Assembly: GCA_001949185.1 (NCBI GenBank)
Contig: BDGG01000007.1
Coordinates: 1,818,730-1,882,729 of the forward strand
Length of the DNA stretch: 64,000 nucleotides
Origin: Ramazzottius varieornatus
Taxonomy: Eukaryota; Animalia; Tardigrada
Reading direction: 5' to 3'
Position numbers and translations under genes: made by a program. Shown here in pieces: positions 35,783-49,471 of this stretch. The stretch's first letter is position 1; each line of letters opens with the position of its first letter. The notes under the pieces are model-generated. The model did not search any database. It saw only the letters and a list, made by a program, of their open reading frames with translations, and was not told the DNA's origin.

Positions 35783-36448
35783 TTAACGAATGAGTGTGGT
35801 ATGGAAATCTTTCTTTTCCTCCATCGTAGGCCGGGGAGTGCGATAGGCTGCTGTGGTGTTCATGTTGCGCAAGTTGACATTGCCTTGTTGCCAGAGGTAC
35901 TGCGTGGAGGTCCAGAACCAAGTGTTGGCATCCCAGAAAAGGACCAGCGACTGCACTTCACCCAGGTCCTTGCCAGCCGCCACCAGAAACGTGTAGGTTT
36001 CTCCCGGCTCAAAGTCTATCCTGCCCGGCGTCAAGTAGAGCTTGGCGCTGCTGGCCTTACTGCCGTGTAACGTCACCCACATATCCGCCCCCTTGTGCTG
36101 CAGCCAACATCTTAATCGACTCATACCTTTCATTTTGTTCTAATCTTAATAAGAAGACCAACCTTCTTGCCGCCATTTTCAGCAGTCTTGCCTTGAAGGG
36201 TGAATGATAGCTGATGGGTGACGACTAGAAAGCAAGTCAGTGCTCAATTGCAACGTACTATACCTAACGTAGCAGGTCAAAATTCACAGTGGGGCCTCAC
36301 CGGGCATGGGCGTCGTGGTTTTCGGGGCGTGCAGTTCCTCTTCGCTGGCTGCTTGGCTAGCTTGAACTGCGTGCATACTCCATATTGGCCAGGAATGTGC
36401 CAAACCGAGCGAACACAGCAATAGCAGTCCGCCCATGCGAATCTCCAT
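35783..36448 (-). CDS. Secreted stand-alone PLAT/LH2 domain protein 2 (tandem paralogue); 3 exons
   Basis: Signal peptide 'MGGLLLLCSLGLAHS', shared 'KTTTPMPG' exon end, and 'ADMWVTLHGSK...FEPGETYTFLVAAGKDLGEVQSLVLFW'. Confidence 0.8.
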
Positions 36449-36856
36449 GATGACGGTGGTCAAGTTTGCAGGTAACAAAGAACGAGCAGTCTGATGATTT
36501 TTGATCTGTTGATCAGTTTGAACTTGCTACTGACAAGCTGTCATTGATTCGTGCTCTTGTGATTTTTATTTGGTTTCAAAGTTACCTTATCGAGACGCAT
36601 GTTCAACGTTTACGATAAAGACATAAAGGTATCAGTATTTTCCGGAATATGGACTGGTGCATGGTGCCAGTCAGGCCAGTCGTGAGTTGATTTTGTTTGC
36701 TAGTATTCAACCCAGCCGCCAACAGATGTAGGAAGAAAACTAAATAGACCTCAACCGAGAGAAATTAAGTCCACATCTTTCATATTGATAGAGCATTCCT
36801 CGAAGTGACTAAATTCTATCCAAAGAGCAGCACGAGTTGAAAAGCATGTCAGTCGG

Positions 36857-39544
36857 CTACTGAGAGTGCGATGTGACGAAACTGGCCAGCTGGTTTCTCT
36901 TTTCCTTGACAGCGCTTTGGGTCGGTTGGAATTCGCTAATCAGTTCCGACTGGTCCGTCAGGAGCAGATTTCCATGCAGATGAATGATTTTAGCTTTGCC
37001 CACATCAACCAAGTGCGAACTGTCTACCCAGTACAGTACCAGCGAATGAACCACGCCCAGGTCTCTCCTGCTTTCCACCATAAAGCGGTAGGTCTTTCCC
37101 GGTTCCATCGTCACCGCGCTGAAGAAAAACGCCTTGCCTGTATGCTTCAAGCAGGAAATTGACAAACTTGGGTGACAGACTTACTTCTCCGAAAGCAGGA
37201 GGGCGTTTGAGCTGCCTCGTGTTCCATGTAAGGTCACCTTAACCATGCCTTTAGCTGTCTTGGCTTGGTTCTCTTTGGTTTTGTTTTGTAACGTCATTTG
37301 AAATTTGTACATTGTGGCTATGAAAAAAAAGAACTAACATCCTTGGGCACAAAGCTTACCTGTATAATAAAACTGCAGAAAGTAACGTGCGGACTGCGGA
37401 CTTACTGCAAAGTGGAGTTGCGTCGGCAGTCAATGTGTAGAACTTATTCTGCACATTTGGGTGCGCCAGCGACGCATTTACAAAGTAGCCTAGCTTGGAA
37501 CACTTGGTGGCGTCCTTACAAGAGAAGCACTTGCCCTCTAGGAACTGCAATAAGCAAGGAGTCAAGGTTATATACCAGCATCTCGTAAAGGGAATGTACT
37601 AAGGACTTACATCAGTATAGGTTGTGCATTCGTAACTACATATGGAACAGGGAGCTGTGTTGATGCTTTCGACGAACATCATCAAGGCTCGCATGTGGCT
37701 ACAGATGAAGGTTTCTGTCATGGACTCTGTCAGCATCTCCAGTAGGTCTGCAATGAAGTAGGAGAAGATGATGGTTAATCTACCCGAGGCGACGACACGG
37801 AGCGGCTACTGACCGAAGGCAGTCATCAGGCGCAGACTGTCTGCCGCAGCTCTGTTCAGCGGACCAAGGTTCTCGCAGCCCGGCTGCAGAGTTCCTCCAT
37901 TGGGATAAAAGTCTACCCAACCAATACCATTAACAACTGCATGAAAAGATATACAGTCCTGTTCGACACTTACTGATATGACCCATTGGCTGGCTCGAAC
38001 CCAGCCCCATATTGGGAATGATGTATTGTCCATCGGATATAATCTGACAACCGCACGCGTGGATTTCTTATAGAAACAGCACTGATACAATTCACTCGTT
38101 CGAAATCCGGAAGAATAGTGTCTTTCATTTGACAGAAGCAGCCCTCTGCATTCCCTTTTCGCTCTTCGGAAAGAGAAACAGCAGCCAGAAGTCTTTGACA
38201 GTGCTGCATTCAATCAAATGGAGTGTGATGGCATGGTCAGAAGTTGACAGCTCGACTGTATGGAACTGCTTTCGCAAAGCTGGCGCTTTTAATATGTTAG
38301 AAAACAAGCAGTTGATTTTTAACTAAATTGATTGTCATAGATTATGAGGTCACTTTCTTTTGTTTTTGGCAAGACGTTCGGTTGATGTTTGACTGGTGGC
38401 AAATGGAAAGGGATGAATAGTGTACGGATTTCGAACGAGTGGGCTGTATAGAATATGGAAAAGGCCTTGGAGAGGTGATGTCACAGTGCCTTACGGTGTC
38501 AATGAAGTTGGCGTCAGTTGGGTCGCAGCGGACGGTGGGCGGCATGTTCTCGAAGTAAGGGCCAGCTGGGTCCAGGGCGGTGATACGCTGCAGCAGGGTG
38601 CCGTAGTTGAGGCGAATGTGTTCACCAGCGTAGCAGGCGGTGTGGGTACCCAAACTGTGGCCGATCAGATGAAAGTCCTGCATCCGCGCACCGTACTCGT
38701 CGACCAAGTGCTTGATGAATTGGGCTGTGAAGACGCCCACCAGTCGGGAGTTGGCCACTGCTTGCGTGTATGGTGGCTGATTGCCAGCCGCTGTCGACAA
38801 AACCCTGGAGCATTATATTCATGTGGAAATTGACAAAGAAGAAGTGGGCGCCTACACCAGTCCAGACGGATGACGTTATAGTCTCCTTCAAGGAGAAATT
38901 CCTCCATCATTTGGCGGTTCCATCTGAGAACGTAACGATCCATCAGACCGTGGATGATGACTTTGGTAGGTCTTTGGGGCTGGAAGTGCGATTGGCCGAT
39001 GGTGGCCGCCGAGTCGTACAGATCGAGGAACTCTGACTTGTCTGGGTTTTCGCGAGTGTTCAAGCGCATTTTCAGCTTTGTGCGGATGGCGCAGTTGGGC
39101 GCAGCATTGATCGGCCTGGTATAGAAGAATTAAGAGTACACTTTCGACAGCATAGACTGTGATGCCCTGTCACGCTCGGCCATAACCGATTAGTAGTTTT
39201 TACCGGTGAAGAATGTGGAAGAAGTCGCTGGTTATGGGGAAGCAGCCCAAATCTCCGCAGCATGATGTCCTTTCTGCAAACATCATTTGACGTATGTCAA
39301 CAGCATGAATTGAAGTGCTACGTATACCAGCATCTCACTTACGTTCTCCATCATTAAGGGTTCCCCTCTGTTGGACACCGTCCAATAAGTGTCCCCGGAT
39401 CAGCTTCGGCAGGAGTTTGCTGGATAGAGCATCGTACTGAAGCGGCACCGTATCCGGCAGGACATTTTGCGGAGGCAGTCGTCGAAATGCAAGGATGGCC
39501 GGTACGACCAAGGCCAAGATGACCAGCTGACAAGCAAGCAACAT
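36857..39544 (-). CDS. Pancreatic triacylglycerol lipase-family protein 1 (catalytic domain + PLAT); multi-exon
   Basis: Signal peptide 'MLLACQLVILALVVPAILA'; 'KVIIHG', GHSLGTH, 'ITALDPAGP', 'DFYPNGG..QPGC', 'CSHMRA'; PLAT tail 'MEPGKTYRFMVESRRDLG'. Confidence 0.9.
38088..38446 (+). mobile_element. Internally deleted Tigger/pogo element in a lipase 1 intron
   Basis: TA-flanked TIRs caattcactcgttcgaaatccg / tacggatttcgaacgagtgggctg. Internal 'SIKWSVMAWSEVDSSTVWNCFRKAG' matches the Tigger transposase C-terminal motif. Confidence 0.75.
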
Positions 39545-40272
39545 TTTTGCGCTGGACTGCTGTGCGATCTCGGTGCCCTCTCTACGTCTGGCCAATCATC
39601 ACTTCAAACAAGACGGAAGGGACTGAAGTGGACTTGACCTTGTGCTGTACGGATGGTGCAGCCCTAGCGCTGCACAACGATCTTTGAGCTTGAAGCGTAA
39701 AGTCCGTCTTGTACGTAAGTTCGTCATTGTTTCGCCGTTGGCTATCTGTTACTTTCAAGTTCTTGCCCATGACCTTGACAAGTCTACAAACAATGGGGAA
39801 ATGCAAAGTAAGGTCTTGTGACCGATAACACCTCGGATAACTTCTGGGACCAGCGTCTGCTGACGTGAAGCGCTCATTGTTTCCTCAATCTCCTACAGAG
39901 CAGCGCTCATCAACAGACAATATTTGGCATTTGCTTAGCCTATCCAGGAGGTATGTTCGTACATGCCTCCATATATGTCTGCGGAATAATGGGACACGAA
40001 CTTTGCACTTGATGGTCAAAGTTTGAATAGTAACGGGTACTGGTACTGCTATAGTATTGATGCATCGATCTCGGCACACTATCAATGTGTTTTATCATTT
40101 AGCAGTTGGATCTGCTTCCTCGACATTTGTACGAGTGTTGGATCTGGGCTTTTCACAGCAATCAACCCATGAAGAAAAAAGCAGACTAGGCGGACGAATA
40201 GCGAAAGCTGTAACTACAAATGCAGAAAGAATTGTGTGCAGCAGCGCAGTCAGCATAGAGCGTCTCTACAGT

Positions 40273-42354
40273 CTACTTTCGGGAGCACAGCAAATCTTTG
40301 CCGGACTGAACTTTGCCATCAGGCACGCCCACGCTGTACTTGGTCACTTGCTCGCTGGCATCGGTCAGTGAGACATCACCATCGAGCCAGATGTAATGAG
40401 TCTTGAACCAGTTGCCGGGGTTCAAATTGCTCTCCTGCTCTTCCCAGGTGAAGTACAAGGAGTGAACGACACCCAGTTCTGTTGGCGTCTCGAAGAAGAA
40501 ATTGTACTTTTGACCTGGCCTTAGATCAACGGACCTATCAAGTACGAGCAAACATTTAAGATGAAAGGTCGTCTTCTGAACTTAGAAGAAATTGAGTGGG
40601 AAATGGACGTACTTTCGAGTCACGCGGATCTTCCTAGTGCCGAGTGAACCGAAGAGTGTGATGAAGACCAGTGCAGACTTCTTCTTTGAGTCGTTATCCT
40701 TGGTCTTGGGTTGGATCTTGAAGGAAAAGGTGTGAGGTACGGTACAGAATGGCGACTTGGCTGTGGTGATGGTGTAGTAGTTTCTGGGCTGGGCTGAGAT
40801 CAAGGAAGTGTCGGCGTGGAAACCCAGGTTGGCGCATTTGCCGTTGGCGCAGGAGAAGCATTCACCAGCCAGGAACTATAAGAAGAAATGGGTCGACGTA
40901 TCTGTTTCGAAGGCTCGACCGTTACTTTGCGAACTAGCGATTAGCCAGTAAGTACCTTGTCGTAGTCTGAGCATTCATAGGAGGTCATGTTACAGTCTTG
41001 GTCGTTGATGCTTTCGTAATAGAGCACTGGTGCTCGCGCATGACTACAGGCGGCTCCGTCGAAGGCAATGGCTGCCACGGTGCCCAGGTCGCTCCAGTCT
41101 GTAGTATTCATGGTGGGGCCGGTAATCACTCCGTTGACAATACTGCCGAACACACCAAGCCGACAAATTGAAAGATACGTCTGATGAGACGGGGTTGACA
41201 ATTCAACATGAGCTTACTTTTTGCTACAGCCGGGCTGCAACGAGCCTCCGTTGGGGTAAAAGTTCATGTGGCCCATGGGCTGTGGTGAGCCATAGGCCGC
41301 CACCAGTATAGTCTCACCATCGGTAACAATCTGTCAAAAAGGTATTGTAACGAACTATCTTTGCTTGTGGTTGGATGTTTGATTGATTGAAGTGGTCGCT
41401 GACCGTGATGACTTTCTTGGCATCAGTAGGGTCGAGGCGGACGGTGGGTTTGGTGCTGGTAAAGTAGGGACCAGCCGGATCCAGACCGGTAATGTGGCCC
41501 AAAGCAATCCCGTACGTCTTTTTCAGCGCTTCGCCGGCGTAACCAGCCCCATGCGCTCCCAGAGAATGACCAACGATTTCCACATTGTCAGCACTTACAC
41601 CGTACTCGCTGATAATGTGGTGGACGAAGCGGGCACAGTGCGAACCGACCAGACGAACGTTAGCACTGGCTTGATAGTACGGGATGTTATTACCATGCGC
41701 TGAAACATGAATAATAATAAAACAATTTGACATGTTTCTTTTCTCGCGGTACAAGAAAACACATCTGCAATATAGTACTGTATGGCTTACACCAGTCCAG
41801 TCGGATAACGTTGAAGTCGCCCTGCGCCAAGAGTTCACCAACGGTGGCAGACCACCAGGGCCAGCGGTAATCATCGAGGAAGCCATGGATGATGATGAAG
41901 GTTTTTTGCCTTGGGTTGAAGTTCGACTTGTCGATGGTCGACGTCTCGTAGGAATCCAAGATCTGAGTGACCTTTGAGTTCCGCCGCGTGTTAAGGTGGT
42001 ACTTCAGCTTGTCCTTCAACGAGCAGCTGGGCACCGAGTTGATTGGTCGATGGAGCAAGTCGAAAAAGTCGCCTCCTGATGAGTAACAGCCTAGGTCTGC
42101 GCAGCATGTGTGGGCTCCTGCAACAAATGTGACCGAAAAAGACGTTTGTATCAATGCAAGTAGCTTTCCAACGAAAAACGGATATTTGTCTCACTGGTCT
42201 GGACAGGTTGCTCCTTCAGGACCACAGGCGGGGGAGTGACGTCGTTGCCAAACTTGTCGATGATCCGGCCCGGTCTAGCAGGAAAGGCAGCAACCACGCA
42301 CAGCACCAGGCTCAGCGTCAGGGTCGTGGCTAGAATGGCCACACTGAGCGACAT
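40273..42354 (-). CDS. Pancreatic triacylglycerol lipase-family protein 2; multi-exon
   Basis: Signal peptide 'MSLSVAILATTLTLSLVLCVVAA'; 'FIIIHGF', GHSLGAHG, 'ITGLDPAGP', 'NFYPNGGSLQPGC', 'CSHARA'; PLAT tail 'LRPGQKYNFFFETPTELG'. Confidence 0.9.
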
Positions 42355-43149
42355 GGCTACTGTGTAACAATGTCAACCAGGAAAGAATTAGAAATAACTG
42401 CCAATTCCCTCCACGCGGTTCCTGCTTCGTCAGCGGGAATTTCGATCAAGAAACTTTTGTAGCGGAAACCTGTATTCGGGAATGGGACCCAGTCGACCTG
42501 ATGTATTAGGTTTGTCGACCTTGTCTTGGTGATAAAATGAAGTTGAGGTTGATTGTTCTGACCTTATCGTAGCCGGTATGACAAGCAACCTAGAGAAGAC
42601 TACACTGATAATTGCTGCTTCTTTAACACGTCACGAAGCCGATTTCTACGTGGGGTAAAAGCTAGTGGGCAGGTTGCGTCTGCCAAATGTATACGTCACC
42701 ACATGAGGACATACCTTGCTATAGGGCGGCATATTTCGGGGTTTTTTGTACGGTTGCTTGACGCCTCGAAAGTGAATACCTAATTCACCCACACTCCCAG
42801 TTAACCCGATGTTCTTGTGACGTTTTAAAGAAGTGCGAATTATTACTGTGATAATTCTGAATGTACAGAAAGTGGACTTTTGGTACTGCAGCTCCAAAGT
42901 TCATTCCATCTTCATGGTGTTCCAAATCAGGTTGAGGCTATGCGCACAATTGGTATTAAATGCACGACACACAGCGCGAACTTATCGAGAACAAGACACA
43001 TCTCTGAAAACTGGCTTCAAACTTACAGGAAATTCAGAGGATTACCGGCACAAGGAATATCTTTTCCCACGACTCAGTCTTCCGCCTGCAGCGCTCACTC
43101 GGTACATCGTACGGCTTGTTCAGTCTTCGCTTTGCGTCAGAGTAATGCC

Positions 43150-43670
43150 CTTTTCTAGCCAGAGGTAATGAGTTTTGAACCAACTGCCCGGATGGAGTTC
43201 GACTCTTGTCCTTCCGATGTAAAGTACAGTGAGTGAAATGAAACCGGGATCTTTGGGCCTCTCGAAGTATTGATAGAAATTGTAATGTTGACCGGGTCGT
43301 AGGTCGGCGGGACTGAAAATCAGTGAGAGTTAGACGGGGTAGTACTCAAATACCTGCTTCGTGCTGTTGTCAATTCGATTTGGAAATCGTGAGCAAAAAG
43401 GTAATACTTACGTTAAGGATGACTTTTGCGGCTGTGGGGTCCAGGACACAGTGGGCTTGGTGTTTGTGAAGCGGGACCAGCACAGTCCAGGCCGGTGATT
43501 CGGACCAGTCGGTCCAACTTCATAGCGCATGTCTTCTTCAGAGCCTCACCAGCATAACCCGGCACCGCGTGTGCGTCAAAACTGTCTCTGACCACTTCGA
43601 AGAGATGGGGACTACCACCGTACTCCCCGACAGTGGCTGATGAAACGAGCGACGTGACTACCAACTAGGC
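43150..43670 (-). pseudogene. Lipase pseudogene remnant (copy of lipase 2)
   Basis: 'GYAGEALKKTC...ITGLDCAGP' without an intact GHSLG, placed directly next to a frameshifted PLAT piece ('DLRPGQHYNF...PGSWFKTHYLWL'). Confidence 0.7.
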
Positions 43671-44470
43671 CAGCGTTTGGCCGGTAAGTTTAGTTCAACG
43701 AAACACTGTTGATTGTTGATTGACCAATGCTCAGCTTTGGCGAGGCGTCATGAGCTGCGACAAACCTCACAGGATACGAACCGAAACTCAGTGTTGTGTG
43801 TATGTTAATCTTTCCAGCCCTGGACAGACTGTTCCTTTCATTTTCATCCTTACTCTTGGGATGGACGGCTCTTCTTGGTGCCAGTCCACGTTGTCTGTCA
43901 AGGAACTCTCAGAAGTAAGACTCGTTTGCCGTCACAGTGCAAGCATGAAGGGAAGAATTTTCTGTCGTCTAGGATTTGACGGTGGAGCTGAATGCAACCT
44001 GGGACATTGCCGACTATGAGCATGCCTTCGCCAACGGGGCTACCCTACACTCTCATCCGTTCCCGGCCCCCAAGAACTCCTACTTTGACGGCTTCCACTG
44101 GTAAAGTTTACTCAGTTACCGTCGCTACACTAGTCATTACGTACTCACTACGAGTCTTTATTCAAGCTCCTTAAACTTGCATATTTTCTGTTATTGTTGT
44201 TCGGCAGGAAAATTGCAATACGACCCGACGGAATGTTCTCGGACGAAAAGGCTCATGTAGCCGCCTTTGTTGAGTTACACTGCCGTAATACGCTGAAATT
44301 CGCTGAAAGGATGCGGCATGTGGGAAGAGGAGGGAATAGTGGTCAATGTCTCACTCGCACTAGGATGCAGAAATCGAATATTTCATGTTCAAGGTAAGAT
44401 TATTTGTTTAATTCCATAGTATTTTAAAGAACCGGAGTTTACATCATTTTATTGGCTGTATACCTGCTGT

Positions 44471-45392
44471 ATGGAAATTGTCAGGCGAAGACCGCGTCCG
44501 TCTTTATCCCGGCCAAGACGTTCGGTTCCCTTACTTCATCGAACGAAACCGTCTACATTCTCTGATTGGAAAGGCACCATCAAAACAGTTGACTTTGCAA
44601 CTTCAGGTAGTGGAACATATATCGCACATATGATGAACTGCCGGAATGATAAATACATTGTGGCTTGGTAAACTCGAAGACGTCCCATACGATAGGTGAC
44701 GATGCAGGAGCGAACGGTAGTTTATTATGCCCTGGTTCGAGATCGCAACCGCCTTCAAGAAGCGCAAGCATCCTCCGAAGACATCGTATACCTTTGGGCT
44801 GAAGGTGTTTCTATTGCGGTGAACCGTACCGTACTCCAAAAAGCCTCGCCCATTTTTCGCGTTACGCTGTCGACCGAAGGCTATCGAGAAGCCGAAAGCA
44901 ACGAGGTGGTCCTCTGGGCAGTCACGGCGCAACAAGTGGTGGATTTTCTGACAGACAATGATGTCACGGGATGGACCTTGTCCGATGCCGTGGAGTTGTT
45001 ACGAGTTGCTGACAAGGTTGGGAACAAACAGAGGCCCGTAAACTGAACGTCGAAGGTTGTCATCCATAGTGGCGCACGCTATAGCAAATGAAACTGCAGA
45101 CGTGCGCCACTCGTAAAGTCGACAAGATTGCCTTTCGAAGTGGTGCGCGCTTCTTGCCACTAAAACCAGAGGCGTGCGCCACTTGAAGAGACGATCTTGC
45201 ACGCTTCGTTTGTCGCCCTCGCATTTCTTACGAATAAGCTTTCCACACTGATTCTGTCTACAGTACGCGATGAATGACTTGACGGAAGCATGTGAGAATT
45301 TCCTGCTGGAATATTCTGGCGCGGATTTCGATGACGGTGCAGCGAAAGGGAATCTAAAAATTTTATTCTCCATCATAAAAGTATCCAAGTGA
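44471..45392 (+). CDS. BTB/POZ domain protein (5' end uncertain)
   Basis: 'SIAVNRTVLQKASPIFRVTLSTEGYREAESNEVVL' and 'AVELLRVADK|YAMNDLTEACENFL' across an intron at ~45018-45263. Stop at 45390-45392. Confidence 0.7.
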
Positions 45393-45696
45393 ACGATGCA
45401 TTTCTTCTCCTGAAAAACCCTTTGTGACGGACGGAGGTTAAGAAAGGAAAACGAGGAAAGCCTGACTGAGCAAAACCTCGAGTATGGAATGCCCACCAAA
45501 ATAATACACGATGCGACAAACACACAAAGGCAGCTGCCAGCTATCTCTCTAATAAAACTCGAAGGATGCGCAGCAGCCATAGAAAAAGAAGGAAAATCTT
45601 GAGACAGATAAAAATTCAAATGAAGCCTTTCGAGCATTGACCAACTTGAAAATCATGAAACAACACAAAGAGAAGGGAGGTAAAGGTTTCAGAGTC

Positions 45697-48600
45697 TTAG
45701 TTTCCGGCAGGTGCGCCCTTCTTTCGGTAATCACAGTTAGCTTCTATCATCCCATCGTCGGTCCTCACCAAACCTTGGACCACAGCAAACGTGCTGGAAA
45801 ACTGCACGTTGTGTCCCTTCTGCTGAAGACCTTCCAAATGTTTCTAAAGAGGGTCAAAAATCAGTTCTCTATCCACACTCGGACAGAAAAATTGATGGGC
45901 GTTGGCAAATGAACTGAACATGATTGTGATCTCAAGTGACGCACGATTCCGGAGTTATTAGCTGGGCTGAGTGCGCGACTTGAGAAAACAATCGCTCGGT
46001 TTCCCAAATGGCGCACGAATTATTGCTACTGGCTGGACATTTGCGTCACTTGAGGAAACGACCATGTTCGAATCATTTGCCGACTCCTAAAAATTTTCCT
46101 GCAGTCAATCTTCTTACCCTCACGAAGCCATATTCATACTCTAACTGGATCGGAAGAAGCTGGTGATGGAGGCGAGGAGCGTCGATGGCCTCTTTGACGT
46201 CTTGACCGAGATACATCACTCGTAGCAAAGCCTGACAGCATAATACTGAGTACTCATAATAAAACAAAAAAGTCGCAAGGAAGTTAAGTAAATTCTGCAA
46301 AAGGTTTTTGCAACTGTTTGACTTACATTTGCAGTGGCCGAGATGATCCGCGAGCCACCAGACGCGCCCATGACGATGCGGGCTTCACCGTTTCCGTCAG
46401 TCACGATAACAGGTGCGCAGCTGGACTGAGGTCGTTTGCCGGGTTCGATGCGATTGGCGTAGGAGGGCGGCAGGCCGTAGTAATTGGGCTGGTTGGGGTT
46501 GGTCGTGAAGTCGTCCATCTCGTTGTTCAGGATGATGCCGGTCGACTGTGAGACCCGACGCGAACCAAAACTGCAAAAGAACCCGTTGCATAAACTAACA
46601 CGGAATAATATTCCACTTTATAACTCCCAGAAATATTTCCTGTTTTGGGTACTTTAGGATGTTTACAGCTTACTGAGTGTTGATGGTGGTGGTAATGGAA
46701 GCGGCATTGCCGTCCTTGTCGATGACAGAGATGTGGGATGTGCCCGTCTTCTGCAGGTTGGCCACGACCTCGACACCGTACGCTTTGGTGTTATTCGACG
46801 TCTGGTTCTCGTTGATCAGCATTCTGGTTAAATGGCCGAACCACGGCGAAAGCAACGTTTCCTTGATCTGAAACGCAAAAAGACGGCGTTGTGGCAGAAC
46901 CGAGCCAAGCAGGAAAAAGAGATGCTTACATCGGCCACTTCCGGTTCGAACTTGAGGTCGCCCAGTTCCGTTCGTCGCGCGTAAGCGTACTTCATGGCTT
47001 CGGCGAAGCGCTGATAGAACTGAATCTTCTGCTCGTCGGTCATGGTGTCCCAGATGGTGTTATTGCCGTACCCGTAGCCGTCCATGATGTTGACGATGTA
47101 CTGCAGGACGAGACTGCCAGCTGGCGGAGGGACACCAAAGACTTTCCCTCGACTTTGTCCGTTCGTCCCAGGTAGTGGGAGTTGCGTGGCGTTGCTCACT
47201 GTTACGCGGTAGTTGGCCATATCGTCCAACGTTATGATTCCACCTTAAGACAAAAAGTTCAGACAATGTCATCAACAAGCACAAAAGTAAAAGGTCGGCA
47301 AACGAAACGCGCAAGATCGTTATTCAAGTGGCGCACGTTTTCGGTGTTACTGACTGGTGACGCGCGCCACTTGGGAACTCAACAAGACTTTTTCCGAATT
47401 CCAACGGCCGCACATCTGCAGTGTGGTTAACTGGCAGTACGCGCCACTGCGAAAAGCAATTCAGAGCTTCAGTTCAAAACTCTGACACTGACCGCCATCT
47501 TGAATATCTTTGACCATCTTCCTGGCCAAGTCGCCTCTGTAGAACGAGTCGACACCTTCTTCCGTGGCGATCGTTTCCAGCGTGTTGGCCAGCTCGGGAT
47601 ACCTAATTATCTCGCCCTCTTTATAGATCTGCCCCGTTGCCTTGTTGATGAAAGTGTCGGTCAAGCCTGCGTCGTAGTTTTTGATATCCTCTTCCGCACC
47701 TCTCAACGCTCCCGCCAGCACCTCGTTGACCACCAGCCCGTTGCGAGCTAGATTGATGGAATGTTCAAAGATATCGCGCCATGACAGTTTTCCGGCACCG
47801 AAGAGATCATACGCCTGACGATACCCGGCAATTTCACCTGGGAAAACAAAAGAGAAGTCAAGCTTTGAGGCGTGGACCCAACTTCCGGTTCGCCCCACAT
47901 ATCGAGGCAGGCCAATGCTTCACACCCCTAACACATAGCAGACTAGTGTCAAGGCCTCCTAATATGCGTGACAGGCAGAGAGCTTGGGACCCTTCTCTTC
48001 AATCTTAAGCCTTTTCGACACACAGTTCTGGATTTTCCTCCTCTTACCTGGTACACCCATCGCCTGCCATCCTTTGGTAGATGAGTAATTCTTGTTCTGG
48101 ACATACATCAACTCGGTGGATGCACCAGGCGCCATTTCGCGAGCATCGATAGCTGTAGCATTTCCGCGCTTGCGATCGTAAACGACCATGAAGAAGCCTC
48201 CGCCGATCCCGCAGCTGTGAGGATGATACAATCCGGCACATAAGGCTGCTGCAATGGCTGCTTCCGCTGCGGAACCTCCCTTGTTCAGGATATCACTGCA
48301 AAGACAAGGCCAAATCACGATTATGCAGAAGCACTTGAGGCGGAACGACGACGACCGCCAGAGACATTTACTTCATTCAAGTGGCGGATGACGTCTCGAA
48401 CAAACAGGTGTTTTGAGGCATTCGTATGGCGTCATGCGCGAGTGATGCGATTAACAGCACTTACTTTCCAACGATACTGCAGTTGGCGGCATCTGATGCT
48501 ACAGATTGCCGAGAGTAACTTCCGAGGATAGATGCAGATGCGTTGCCTTGCATTTCCGCAGTATTGGGTAAAGGAGCCTTGCCAGGAAGGGGAGCTGCTT

Positions 48601-49471
48601 TGGCCACGCCAAAGTAAACGCCACAGACGACGGCTGCGGTCAGCACGCAGATGACCAGCGATGCGGCGGCAACCATCTTGACCAGGTGTCGCCTGCGAAA
48701 CCGGACACGGAACAGTTTAAACTTTGAAAGCAGACCAATGCTCTTTATACCTACTCCACCCTTCACCACTCTCATGTCAAAAATCGAATGATCATAAAGA
48801 TGCACAGAGAGTTAGAAATCGATTCCGGTATGCCCTAGAGCCTGACGGCATTGTTGGTCCGTCGGACGGATATTCGAATGTCAAAAGTAAAGCTGCTTGA
48901 TTAGAATTTGGAACTTGGAAGCAAGCTGGCATGGATGTACCGGTGGGGAACATGGAATGCCTTGACAAACAGCACTGCGGAGTGAAACTGGCAGGCCGAT
49001 ACCCATAAATCACTCAACCGGTACATGCCAGCCTGCTTGGAAGCGGTTCCGGCAAAAAAGGACAACAACAGGTAGCGTGAAATGTTTCAGCATTTTTCCT
49101 ATGTCATGTCATGTTATGTAGATGAGCCATTACATCAGACGCTTACACTGTTCAGCGATGAAACTTCAACGTTCTCATTAAGAACCCTGAACCCTGCCCG
49201 CGGAAATATCTTACCTCCGAGATTTATCCGAGTGCTTCTTTGTAGGTGCAGGATAATGGCCGTTAGATACGCCGATATGTCTCCCGTTAGTTACTGATGG
49301 AGGAACCTTCTTTAACGGAATAACATCGATAGCAATGGAAGTGGTGTGCTGCGATGGGCGAACGCCGTCGACAACTGATCCATCTGTTGTCGAGTACCCA
49401 GCACCACTCGTTACCAAGGCCGACGTGCCGTGCCGGTTGTTCGTAGGAGTTGTTCCATCCGGCCTACTCAT
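45697..49471 (-). CDS. GGT1: Gamma-glutamyl transpeptidase (glutathione hydrolase), type II membrane; multi-exon, 5' exons uncertain
   Basis: TM anchor, 'GGSAAEAAIAAALC..HSCGIGGGFF', 'IDAREMAP', nucleophile 'GTSHISVID', 'NNEMDDF', 'PGKRPQSS', 'GASGGSRI', 'APRLHHQL', C-terminus 'DYRKKGAPAGN*'. Confidence 0.93.
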
